Part shown: piece by piece, positions 7,740 through 16,744 of the stretch
Numbering within the stretch: the stretch's first letter is position 1
Layout of the letters: each line of letters opens with the position of its first letter
DNA from: a virus
Taxonomy: Duplodnaviria > Caudoviricetes
Length of the DNA: 28,306 nt
IMG/VR virus record: IMGVR_UViG_3300024237_000082
Span: 1 to 28,306 of that record
Strand: one strand, 5' to 3'
The notes under the pieces: model-generated
Database searches by the model: none
What the model was told of the DNA's origin: nothing
What the model saw: only the letters and a program-made list of their open reading frames with translations
Translations under genes and position numbers: made by a program

Positions 7740-9320
7740 CCCTATTGATGCCTCTTCTGTAATGTTTCTATCAAGTGCTTGTTGATTAGATACCTCACTA
7801 CTTACAACAAATGCTTTAACAGGTTTCTGTTCTTGGTCTCCTATTACTTGTGCTAATTGGTTTTCAGGTGCTGCTCCTACTACGTTAAATGCAGGTGCTT
7901 GTGGTGCTGATGCTCCACGACCTCCACTCATACTACCTCCACCACCTTTACTTCCTACCATAGATTTAGCAGTACTTACTGCACTTTTAATACTCATTGC
8001 TATACCTGCTGCTTGTGCTGCGAATATTGCTATTAAAGGTACGTTAGCAGGAGGAGGTGCTGCCGATGCTGCCTTCATAAATCCTTTTGCACCATCAACT
8101 CCTGATTCTGCTGCTGAAGCTAATATTCTTTGCATAGTTGCTTGTGCAGCCATTATTTGTTCTTTAAGTATCATTCCTGTTTTAAGAATAAACAATGCTT
8201 TAGCTATTTTACTTTCTTCACCTGCTGCTTGTGCAACCGCATCCATAGCACCATATATAGCTTCTTTTCTTTTTTCTTCTAATTCAATTAGTTTTTCTGC
8301 ATCTTCTATTGCTAACTCACCTGCTTCTCTTTGTAAAGATATTCTGTTTATTAATTGTTCTGAACGGAAACCTTCTATCTGTGCAAGTACCGCTTCTCTT
8401 TCGTTTTGTGCTTCAAGTAAAGCTATGTAGTTTTCTTGGTTTTGGTTCTTATCGTATTCTGCTTGTGCTGCTTTAATCGTAATATCTACGTTTTCAAGCA
8501 TTTTTTCGCTTTGCTCATCTAATATTTGACCAAGTCTTTCATTTGCTGCTATACGTTCTTCAATAGTCTTACTTTCATCATCTCTAATTTGTCTTTGTTG
8601 TTCGGCTTGTCTATCGTATTTTTCAATAAGACCTTGATTTATAACTGCAGCTACCTCTGCTTGTTTGTTAAGGTCAACTGTTGCTCTTGCTGCTTCTACT
8701 GTTGATTTAGCATAATCTGTAATACTACTTACTACTGTTGGTACAATCTCTGCTACTTTGTCAAATGTATTATTTACTCCTGTTACTACATCAAATAATT
8801 CTTTACCTGCGTTTTTGGCACTTTCTGCTGCACCTGCAAAATCTCCGCTAAATACCTTTACTACTGCATCACCTAAAAATCCTAAAGCATCTAATGCACT
8901 TTTAACTCTTTCTATTACATTATCTACTATAGCTTGACCAAAGTTTTTTAATGATTGTACAGGGTTTTCAAATAAACCTTTAAAATAGTCTATTACAGTT
9001 CCTACATTGGAATCAAGGAATTTAAAAAAATCATTAAATGCTAAACTTAATACCTCAAAGGTTGTATTAAACGCATCTGCTACTTTTTGGTTCTGATTAA
9101 ATACCTCTGCTAACTTTGCAAAAGCAGCAACTGCTAAACCAATACCTGCAGCTTTAAGTGCGTTACCAATTCCCTTAACACCTTTTGCTACACCTCCTGT
9201 TGTATCTTTTACTTCTTCAAGGTTGTCATCTATACGCTGTACGCTTTTAGCTACACCATCTAAATCCTTTTGTGCTTTATCTACTTTAGCTTCAAGTTCT
9301 ATTGTCTTTTTTACTGCCAT
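7737..9320 (-). CDS. Tail tape measure protein
   Basis: 527 aa Ala/Gln/Glu-rich helical protein with hydrophobic segments, periodic Phe and a long coiled coil. Confidence 0.7.
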   Translation of the reverse strand: MAVKKTIELEAKVDKAQKDLDGVAKSVQRIDDNLEEVKDTTGGVAKGVKGIGNALKAAGIGLAVAAFAKLAEVFNQNQKVADAFNTTFEVLSLAFNDFFKFLDSNVGTVIDYFKGLFENPVQSLKNFGQAIVDNVIERVKSALDALGFLGDAVVKVFSGDFAGAAESAKNAGKELFDVVTGVNNTFDKVAEIVPTVVSSITDYAKSTVEAARATVDLNKQAEVAAVINQGLIEKYDRQAEQQRQIRDDESKTIEERIAANERLGQILDEQSEKMLENVDITIKAAQAEYDKNQNQENYIALLEAQNEREAVLAQIEGFRSEQLINRISLQREAGELAIEDAEKLIELEEKRKEAIYGAMDAVAQAAGEESKIAKALFILKTGMILKEQIMAAQATMQRILASAAESGVDGAKGFMKAASAAPPPANVPLIAIFAAQAAGIAMSIKSAVSTAKSMVGSKGGGGSMSGGRGASAPQAPAFNVVGAAPENQLAQVIGDQEQKPVKAFVVSSEVSNQQALDRNITEEASIG

Positions 9321-9451
9321 TGTCTAAATTGTTTATATGCTTCTTTTATAGATTCAGGGTATTTATTTTTACCCATAGCTATATCTATGTATTGCCCTTT
9401 CCACTTTTCGCTTCTTGCAAACTCTAATAAGTCTAATATATTTTGTATCAT
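9311..9451 (-). CDS. Small hypothetical protein (46 aa, MIQNILDLLEFARSEKWKGQYIDIAMGKNK...), not in ORF track
   Basis: Manual translation; ATGA overlap with the upstream stop and overlap with the tape measure start. Confidence 0.6.
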   Translation of the reverse strand: MIQNILDLLEFARSEKWKGQYIDIAMGKNKYPESIKEAYKQFRQWQ

Positions 9452-12225
9452 AATGTTGTTACCTCTTTTATTTCGCTTAACACATCTGCTTTTGCATACG
9501 CAATGTTTGTATTTGTTCTTGCGTAAAATCTAAAGTAATATGTCACACCAGAACTCGCAGAATTATTTTCATATGTACTAACAAATGGAGTTGAAGGTCT
9601 TTTGTTATTGCTTGGAGTTGTATAATTTATTTTTGTTACACCTGATACTCCTGCAATATCATCTATGTTTGTGCCTTGTAAATCTGAAGATGTTATACTA
9701 TATAAAAATCCATATTCGTCAATATTTAAGGATGTGTCTATCTTTCCTAACTCTTTTACTTGGTAACCTATATTAAATGAACTAGATGTAGATTGTCTTA
9801 AATTAACATCAAATATAGTAGCAGTAGTAACCTCAACAGGTTTACCTCCTATAGAAGTGTTTGGTTTATTTTTCTGTGCTGTTGTACCATCGTTTGTATT
9901 CTTAATAAACACATAACCATCATTAGATTTACTAGATGTACTATCAACAGTAAGTACAGTATTATCAACAGTCTTAAAGCTATTATCTGCTGTAACAGAA
10001 TCTTCTTCTAAAACTACTTCGCCCTGTGTAGGAATCGTACCTCTCACTATGTTTTTTCCTACTATTTCTAATGTATTTATTAGTTCAAACTTTGTAAGTA
10101 AGTTTTGAAAATTAGTAGTTACCTTATTTATCTTGTAGATTCTATCTGTGATTTGTATTAAATCATTTAACTTTAGATTAGAAATTATTCTAAGTGGTAA
10201 ATATGCTTGTGTAGTTGTTATTCTTCTTTGTGTATCAAATATATCTTTTATATAGTTTTTGTAAAATTGGTCAAATAAAGTTCCTTTAAAAGGTACAAGA
10301 GCATACTCATTATTTTCTGATGCAAAGTTTATATTTTCAGAATTTTCAATTGTTATATCTAATTCTAATGAATTACTTGGCATATATACTTCTTCGTCAA
10401 TTGCTATAATCTCAGTAGTAGAATTAAACTTAATTAACTTTATAGGGTCATTTACTTTTTTCTTTACTGCATAAAATAGCAAAGGTTCACCCATTATTGG
10501 TTCTTGTTTATCATCTACACTCCATCCTATTTGTATTCCCGTGTCTGTGCTATCGTTTGCATCAGTCAGCTTTTCAAATAGCATATGTTCAAATGGCAAT
10601 TCTATTTTGTAATCTCCTCCAAAGTCTTTAGAAAACCTATTATAATGTAAAGCACCCCAATCCTTATTGGTAGTATCACCGTAGTATTTCGCTAAAAAAG
10701 TACTTGTTCCTTTATAACTAAAAGATACTGTTCTATACGGAACTACTGAATCTACTTGTACTGTGTCTTTATCTACAAATTCAGTAATATTATGAGTGTT
10801 CTCAGATGTATTAAAAAACTCATCAAGTGTTTGTATTACTATTTGATTTTGATTATTTACATAAGCAGTTAAATTAAACATCTTAAATAATCCTGTTAGA
10901 AAATCTAAAATGGTCATATTAGGAATTTGTAATTTTGCAGTTAATCTTGTGTCTAAACCTACTACTGATTCACCAAAAAACTCTATAAATCTTTTTCCAA
11001 TTCCAGATTCTCTTTTTCTTTCTACTCTAGCATAAACAAAAAAGTTGCCCGGAGTATTACTTCTTACTGCAAATGTATAAGTTCCGTTATCTAAGTCAAT
11101 AGGTTCATCTTCTTTTATTGCTACAAATCTATTTGTATCTGCATCTCTAGTGCCTTCCTTACTAAAAAATTCATTCCCTTCTGAATCATATACTATAACT
11201 GTAAACTTTCCTGATACACTTGTTTCAACAGACAAACTTAACTTTCTTTGTATTTCTGATATATTAGGAAATTTATCAACAGCATTAGGGTCAGGTACTG
11301 TAAATGCATTTCCATTTTGTATTATACCTACACTATTTCTTAGCCTTGCAGAAGAGTTTTCGTTTGCTATTGTAAAGTCTCCTGTAGTTGTACCTCCCTC
11401 TTGGTCTTGAAACAATCCGCCTGATTTAGTGTGCATCCACATATATAGGTTGTAGTAAGGCAAATTGGTGACATTAAAAAAGTCATCTGAAAATACTATA
11501 TCTTGGTCTTTATACTGTGCTTCTATAGCTTTAACAATAGCGTGAACTCTTATCGCAGGTTTTAATTGTGTTATTTCTAAACCTCCATTTGTTACATTTG
11601 CTATATTTGATTGACCAACAGTTGCGGTGTAAGAACTATTACTATCATAAATCATTCTGTTTGTATGAGATATGAGCGGAAAAACTATTGCATCTTCTAT
11701 TTCTACTTGTTGTGTTCTTGATGGATTATTTTTATTAGGTATGTATATTTCACCATCAAATCCATCTTTAAGGTAACTTATTACATTATCTGAAGTATAA
11801 TCAAAGTCTAAAGATTTAAGATATATTAATGAACTAAGTTTTGCTTCTCTTAGAACATCTTTTAGAATCAATCCGTTTCCAAAGAATGTTAGTTTATACG
11901 TAAAAGGTTTGTTGTCTTTTGTAGTTGCTCCTTCTAGTTTTATATAACCTTCTTTATATAATTTGTAGTTTAAATATATTTTAGCTTTATGTCTTTTCTT
12001 AGGGTCAAAACCTTGTATAAAGTAATTATGAAAATGTTTAAATATTTTATTATTAGTCTTTGATGCAGGTACATTGAAAGTACGAGTAAAGTCAGTAAAT
12101 ATTTTTGCTATATCTCTAACATCTTGTAATGATTGTGTATAATTAACCGTTTCATTATCATACAACTCTACCTCATCATATGATTGACCGGTGTCATTTA
12201 AAATATACAGTTGTAAATTTATCAT
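9448..12225 (-). CDS. Large tail tip/baseplate hub protein with C-terminal FnIII-like domain
   Basis: 925 aa; FTRTFNVPASKTNNKIFKH N-terminus, FLTGLFKMFNL, and GVTYYFRFYA (FnIII-like) near the end. Confidence 0.65.
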   Translation of the reverse strand: MINLQLYILNDTGQSYDEVELYDNETVNYTQSLQDVRDIAKIFTDFTRTFNVPASKTNNKIFKHFHNYFIQGFDPKKRHKAKIYLNYKLYKEGYIKLEGATTKDNKPFTYKLTFFGNGLILKDVLREAKLSSLIYLKSLDFDYTSDNVISYLKDGFDGEIYIPNKNNPSRTQQVEIEDAIVFPLISHTNRMIYDSNSSYTATVGQSNIANVTNGGLEITQLKPAIRVHAIVKAIEAQYKDQDIVFSDDFFNVTNLPYYNLYMWMHTKSGGLFQDQEGGTTTGDFTIANENSSARLRNSVGIIQNGNAFTVPDPNAVDKFPNISEIQRKLSLSVETSVSGKFTVIVYDSEGNEFFSKEGTRDADTNRFVAIKEDEPIDLDNGTYTFAVRSNTPGNFFVYARVERKRESGIGKRFIEFFGESVVGLDTRLTAKLQIPNMTILDFLTGLFKMFNLTAYVNNQNQIVIQTLDEFFNTSENTHNITEFVDKDTVQVDSVVPYRTVSFSYKGTSTFLAKYYGDTTNKDWGALHYNRFSKDFGGDYKIELPFEHMLFEKLTDANDSTDTGIQIGWSVDDKQEPIMGEPLLFYAVKKKVNDPIKLIKFNSTTEIIAIDEEVYMPSNSLELDITIENSENINFASENNEYALVPFKGTLFDQFYKNYIKDIFDTQRRITTTQAYLPLRIISNLKLNDLIQITDRIYKINKVTTNFQNLLTKFELINTLEIVGKNIVRGTIPTQGEVVLEEDSVTADNSFKTVDNTVLTVDSTSSKSNDGYVFIKNTNDGTTAQKNKPNTSIGGKPVEVTTATIFDVNLRQSTSSSFNIGYQVKELGKIDTSLNIDEYGFLYSITSSDLQGTNIDDIAGVSGVTKINYTTPSNNKRPSTPFVSTYENNSASSGVTYYFRFYARTNTNIAYAKADVLSEIKEVTTL

Positions 12226-13205
12226 CGCACATTATTAATCTTATTAAATGCAAATTCAAAGGCTATAGTATAATTTGCTAATTTATCATTTAAGCTAGTT
12301 TTAAGTTGTAAGTCTTTAGATTTAGGGATTATAGACAATGTTTGTCCTTTCCATCTTATCCAACAAGCCTCACTTAGAAATAGTTCCTCTATTACGCTAT
12401 TAAAATCCTCGTTTACAAATCCGGTATTAAGGGTAATTGTTGTTCTAGCGTTGGTATTATATCTTTCTCTTTGACCTCTATAAGTATCGTAAGTACCTGA
12501 AGATTCAAAAATATTTCTTTTATATGTTTCATCTGTTACTACAAATTTTTCAGTAGTTTTTTTGTAAAAGTAAATGTCTTGAAATGCACCAAAACGATTT
12601 ATAAAAGTTATCTTATATACTTCATATTTAGGCTCACAAATATTATTTACGCTTATTGTTTTTAGCAAAGTAGAATCATCTGTATCGTAAATTTTTATAT
12701 TAGTAGAGTCAGCAGGAATATTAATGTACTGTATCTTTTGATTAGTATTACCATTGTCTGTAATTTCTGTATCTGTGCTATCTATTGTCACTTTACCGAC
12801 CCCTTCTGCAAATATTGGCAACTTACCTATTGTTCCTTCAGGTAAATAAAGAGTATTTGTAGTAAGTAAACAATGTCTTGATAATTCAGGATTAAGTCCT
12901 TCTTCAAAATATCCATATCCATCAAGAGCAATAAAGGTTTGACTATTAGGTGACCCATAAGTAAACTCTACATCATTTTCATCTCTTATTGTAGCATCTA
13001 CTCTAACCCATAAAGCATAACTATTATAGTCATTATTAAATTCTATACTAAGATAATCTCTAATTAATTCACCTATTTCAAAGTTTATTTTGTCCTCTCC
13101 TGTGATTAAAGATTTGTTAAGAGTGTATTTTAAATCACTACTACCATAATCTACTGATTCCCCACTATAAACATATAAATCTAAAACTATATTATCAAAT
13201 GCCAT
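12222..13205 (-). CDS. Tail structural protein (distal tail-like)
   Basis: 327 aa beta-rich; FINRFGA, ITLNTGFV and YTIAFEFA motifs; directly upstream of the tail tip gene. Confidence 0.55.
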   Translation of the reverse strand: MAFDNIVLDLYVYSGESVDYGSSDLKYTLNKSLITGEDKINFEIGELIRDYLSIEFNNDYNSYALWVRVDATIRDENDVEFTYGSPNSQTFIALDGYGYFEEGLNPELSRHCLLTTNTLYLPEGTIGKLPIFAEGVGKVTIDSTDTEITDNGNTNQKIQYINIPADSTNIKIYDTDDSTLLKTISVNNICEPKYEVYKITFINRFGAFQDIYFYKKTTEKFVVTDETYKRNIFESSGTYDTYRGQRERYNTNARTTITLNTGFVNEDFNSVIEELFLSEACWIRWKGQTLSIIPKSKDLQLKTSLNDKLANYTIAFEFAFNKINNVR

Positions 13206-13206
13206 A

Positions 13207-14727
13207 TTATCCTGCTATTTTTCTTACTTGTTTTGTATTCCAATCTTTCAAGTAAACTGAATTAATTATATTATTACTACCAAATACTATTACATATTCT
13301 TGTTGATTGCTGTTGCTTGGTCTTTGTGATTTATTAATATATACAAAACTTCCATTCCTTGCGGTATATAAACTATTACTTGATGCACTACAAATAGTTT
13401 CACCTGCTAATGAACTATAATCAGAAACCGCTGCTTTAACTTCCCAAAAAACAGAGTTTAGATTTTTTTCTTCAAATACATCATAGTTGTATTTAGCAAA
13501 ACCATTTACAATATTAACACCAACGTAAAAGGTATTAGTTTTTAAAGAACAAGGGTTTATAGGTATGTCACTTGCAGGTTGTTTTACTCTTTCAGAACAA
13601 GTTAATGAACTGCCAGAGTTTGTAAATCCTGAAGGTACAGTTATTGTGAAATCTACATCTCTTCTAGTTAGTGATTGTACAACAGGAAAAGTAGTAGGCG
13701 TAAAGTCTGTAATAGTTAAATAGTAATCAGGGTCTGATTTTCCTTGTGGTGCTTGATGCCATTTAGCTACTCCTGCTGTAACATTACCATCTACTAAAAT
13801 AGCTTGGTCATCAAAATCAATATCATTACAGCTAAAAGTAGGAGTTACTGCTGTTGAGTTTTGTGTATATTCTTTTGAACATTCTACCGTACTACCTGTA
13901 TTATTAAATCCTGCAGGGACTGTAATATCATAAAACAAAGTTTTAGTTATAGCTGCTCCTGAACTATTTGCTGCAACACTTGTTACTGATGCACCTCCAC
14001 TTGTTTCTTTTGTTGCTGTTATCTCACCTACTGCTAAAGGAGTTGTAAGAGTTCCATCTGCTGCAATTGCACCCCCTAATAAATTTGCAGTAGTACAATC
14101 AAATGTTACCGTTGATGCACTAACTGTAACTTGAATGTTTGCTCTAGCATTACATCCTGTAACATTATCTATCCTATTTACAAACATATAATATACACCA
14201 GGTAAATTTTTTGAGGTAATAGTTATTTCTGTACTAGATGTATTTAAACTTCTATCTAGTTCAAAAGGATTATTAGTTACATCTGTAAAAGAAGTAGTAG
14301 TACCTGAAAAATAACTTGAATAGTCTAAAGTAATTGATGCTCCTCCTGAAGCTATTGTTTGATTAGGTAAGTCTGTTGCACTTACTACAGTAGGACAAGA
14401 TGTAGGTTTTAATGGTTGTGTTGCAGTAACGTCACATTGTATAGCATCTCCTGTATTAGAAAACCCTTCCGGCGTTAATATTGTAAGCGTTATTGTTCTA
14501 ACTGTATCGCTACTAACCTCTGCAAAACTATTATTACTAAAATCTGCTGCCGTAGATGTAAATCCTTGTATCTCTCCAAAATCTAAAGTAGGTAAACTTA
14601 TAGCACCAGATTCATCTATGGTTGTGTTTTGGGGATTTGCATATGTACAGCTAAATAAAGGCAAAGGTTTTACAGGCTCTGCATAGCTTAAATAAAATGG
14701 ACTTCTTACGTTTATCTTTGTACTCAT
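13207..14727 (-). CDS. Ser/Thr-rich virion protein with three internal ~82 aa two-Cys repeats
   Basis: Repeats F-C...I---G...I-(T/V)P-GF-N-G....C.....Q visible three times. Confidence 0.65.
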   Translation of the reverse strand: MSTKINVRSPFYLSYAEPVKPLPLFSCTYANPQNTTIDESGAISLPTLDFGEIQGFTSTAADFSNNSFAEVSSDTVRTITLTILTPEGFSNTGDAIQCDVTATQPLKPTSCPTVVSATDLPNQTIASGGASITLDYSSYFSGTTTSFTDVTNNPFELDRSLNTSSTEITITSKNLPGVYYMFVNRIDNVTGCNARANIQVTVSASTVTFDCTTANLLGGAIAADGTLTTPLAVGEITATKETSGGASVTSVAANSSGAAITKTLFYDITVPAGFNNTGSTVECSKEYTQNSTAVTPTFSCNDIDFDDQAILVDGNVTAGVAKWHQAPQGKSDPDYYLTITDFTPTTFPVVQSLTRRDVDFTITVPSGFTNSGSSLTCSERVKQPASDIPINPCSLKTNTFYVGVNIVNGFAKYNYDVFEEKNLNSVFWEVKAAVSDYSSLAGETICSASSNSLYTARNGSFVYINKSQRPSNSNQQEYVIVFGSNNIINSVYLKDWNTKQVRKIAG

Positions 14728-15245
14728 CTTAATCTATCTTGTTTTAATGTAAATGCCAAGAAATCTTCTACGTCTAAACCAAACTTTTCTACAAGTTCAT
14801 CAGGTAGTTTCTTAAATGCTTGTTCAAATGGTTTAGTAAAAAATAAACTTGGTTTAATTCCTTTTTTGTATATACTTCTTGCTATTAAATATCCTATCGT
14901 ATTATAGTTGCCTTTTTTAAACTTTCCTTCTGCATCTCTTAATCTTATATTTCTACTCTTTGCCCATTGTGCTAATGGTTTTATAGGAGGCATCTTTGAT
15001 TTATATGAGAACGGTGTATTGTATTTCTTTTCAACACCACTTACTCCTTTATCTTGATATACTCCATATTCTTCCATTTCAAACTCCAAGAGAATAGAAT
15101 TAGGCATTTCCTTTACATTACCCTTCAAACTATTATAAAGTTCTTTAGAAACGTTCTTACGCCCTTTAGAAAGCCTTGTACGTGCTTGTTGTATAACAAA
15201 CGATTTAAACGCTTCTAATGCTTCTTGTGTTTTTGTTAGTCGCAT
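14724..15245 (-). CDS. Putative tail completion/neck protein
   Basis: Basic 173 aa; LYNSL, YG-YQDKGV and GIKPSLFFTKPFE motifs; position in tail module. Confidence 0.5.
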   Translation of the reverse strand: MRLTKTQEALEAFKSFVIQQARTRLSKGRKNVSKELYNSLKGNVKEMPNSILLEFEMEEYGVYQDKGVSGVEKKYNTPFSYKSKMPPIKPLAQWAKSRNIRLRDAEGKFKKGNYNTIGYLIARSIYKKGIKPSLFFTKPFEQAFKKLPDELVEKFGLDVEDFLAFTLKQDRLR

Positions 15246-15694
15246 ATTGTCATATCGTTTTGTACTACTACATCAAATGTTGCTGCCCATCCTGCTAACT
15301 TGTTTTCAAATCTATCTACAAATGGTTCACAGCTTACGTCTCCCTGTACTTGGTATAGGTCTGTATATAAATCACCTCTTTGTAATGTATTTATTACTCT
15401 TGTCTGTAAAGCAAGTTGTGTGTTTAGTACATCTTGTTCGTTATCGTTTCCTACAAATATATCTGTAACCTCATCTTTGCTTATATCTACAATATCCATA
15501 GAAAGAATACTAATATTGAATGTAAGTGTTTTAGTTCCTACTGTGGTGTTGTTTACTATGATATGAGATAAAGGAAAGATAGTTTGTTTATTCAAATCAA
15601 CATCATCAAGAGAACCGAATGTAACTGTATTTACAAATGGCTCTGCTATAAGTGTATCTTTTAGTTTATCTGTTACGTTGTAAAACCCTTTCAT
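15236..15694 (-). CDS. Putative tail terminator protein
   Basis: Acidic 152 aa; FPLSHI and EPFVDRFENKLAGW; adjacent to the completion gene. Confidence 0.5.
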   Translation of the reverse strand: MKGFYNVTDKLKDTLIAEPFVNTVTFGSLDDVDLNKQTIFPLSHIIVNNTTVGTKTLTFNISILSMDIVDISKDEVTDIFVGNDNEQDVLNTQLALQTRVINTLQRGDLYTDLYQVQGDVSCEPFVDRFENKLAGWAATFDVVVQNDMTICD

Positions 15695-15942
15695 CGTTTC
15701 TTAATCAGTTTCTTTTCTAATTCTATTTTATCTTTTTCAAATGCCAAATACATTAAGCACTCGTGTACGTTGAGTTTGGTAACCTCATCAAACTTGGTAA
15801 CATCTCCTTTAGAGATTCCATAGACTGATTGATACCAACCCCACTTGCTTCCAAACGTTCCTTCTGTTGAGTAGTCAGCTTGTTCGCTTCCTTCTGTAAA
15901 TAGTTCAGGATAGTTTGTATTAACTCGTTGTTTAAATTCCAA
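15691..15942 (-). CDS. -1 frame C-terminal part of the tail assembly chaperone fusion (gpGT-like)
   Basis: No ATG; opens at the T9 slippery run; KWGWYQSVY...LMYLAFEK; stop overlaps the next ATG. Confidence 0.7.
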   Translation of the reverse strand: MEFKQRVNTNYPELFTEGSEQADYSTEGTFGSKWGWYQSVYGISKGDVTKFDEVTKLNVHECLMYLAFEKDKIELEKKLIKKR

Positions 15943-16424
15943 AAAAAAACCATAGCAGCAAAGACAACATCTAAAGGCATATACTTTAATCTGTCGTTCA
16001 TTCCGTTATAGGTTTCTATATTATACTTATGTCCTTTCTTAAATGTAATTGGTCTGTATAAAACACTCATAGCTTTGTGCATACTTTGCCAATCTCCCAA
16101 GTTCTCATCAAGGTCTATATACTCTCCTAAAGTCATATCATCTAATACAGGTATAAAACCGTACTCTACACCTGCTAATTGAAAAGTAGGAATCAATGTA
16201 TGCTTTGTATCAAATACTTTGTTTAGGTGTACTGCTATCTCTTGTACTGACTTGTATTTAATCTCTGCTACATCCTTTAAGTCAAGATTACAAAATATCT
16301 CAACCATTTTTTGAAGTAAGAACGTAGAACCTTGATTGTCCTCTGTATTCAGCTTCTCAAATCTTTGATACTGTTCTAATGTAATCTCGTTAAGTGAATC
16401 AGGTACGTTTATCTCTACTTTCAT
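15753..16424 (-). CDS. Putative tail assembly chaperone (gpG-like)
   Basis: 223 aa; ITLEQYQ and MTLGEYIDL motifs; contains the slippery GTT TTT TTT TGG. Confidence 0.65.
   Translation of the reverse strand: MKVEINVPDSLNEITLEQYQRFEKLNTEDNQGSTFLLQKMVEIFCNLDLKDVAEIKYKSVQEIAVHLNKVFDTKHTLIPTFQLAGVEYGFIPVLDDMTLGEYIDLDENLGDWQSMHKAMSVLYRPITFKKGHKYNIETYNGMNDRLKYMPLDVVFAAMVFFWNLNNELIQTILNYLQKEANKLTTQQKERLEASGVGINQSMESLKEMLPSLMRLPNSTYTSA
15930..15950 (-). other. Programmed -1 frameshift signal(s): T TTT TTT and T TTA AAC
   Basis: Minus strand GTT TTT TTT TGG AAT TTA AAC; both heptamers are in X XXY YYZ phase. Confidence 0.75.
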
Positions 16425-16429
16425 ATAAT

Positions 16430-16456
16430 TACAATAAATAAGTTACTAATATGTAT
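16430..16456 (-). promoter_or_regulatory. Putative phage late promoter ATACA-N16-ATTGTA
   Basis: Variant upstream box with the same spacing; 5 nt before ATG at 16424. Confidence 0.65.
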
Positions 16457-16490
16457 AAAAAGGAAAAGGTAGCTAAATGCTACCCAATCC
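16457..16490 (-). terminator. Rho-independent terminator closing the accessory cassette
   Basis: GGTAGC-ATTTA-GCTACC followed by TTTTCCTTTTT. Confidence 0.7.
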
Positions 16491-16513
16491 CAAACAAAAT
16501 CAAATGAAAAAAG

Positions 16514-16744
16514 TTACTGTTTTAAGATAAACCTTTTGTAAGCGTATCTATATGCTGTTTCTATTGCTTGTTCTAATTCTTTACTGTTTTGTACGTATCT
16601 TTCACTTCCTTCTACATTGCCTTTGCCTTTGTAGTCTATATACAAGGTTACATCAGAACCTTTTTGACCTCCACGCTTTGTAGGTTTCTGTACTACATAT
16701 ATTTCTTCGTACCAACAGCTTTCTCTCATTTTAAAATAATCCAA
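16514..16744 (-). CDS. Hypothetical protein (start may be ATG at 16729)
   Basis: ORF in the accessory cassette, followed by a terminator. Confidence 0.55.
   Translation of the reverse strand: MDYFKMRESCWYEEIYVVQKPTKRGGQKGSDVTLYIDYKGKGNVEGSERYVQNSKELEQAIETAYRYAYKRFILKQ

Noticed and set aside
13576-14655. Repeats as a diversity-generating retroelement TR/VR pair
   Set aside because: Similarity is at protein level only, there is no adenine-specific near-identical DNA pair, and no reverse transcriptase is in the window
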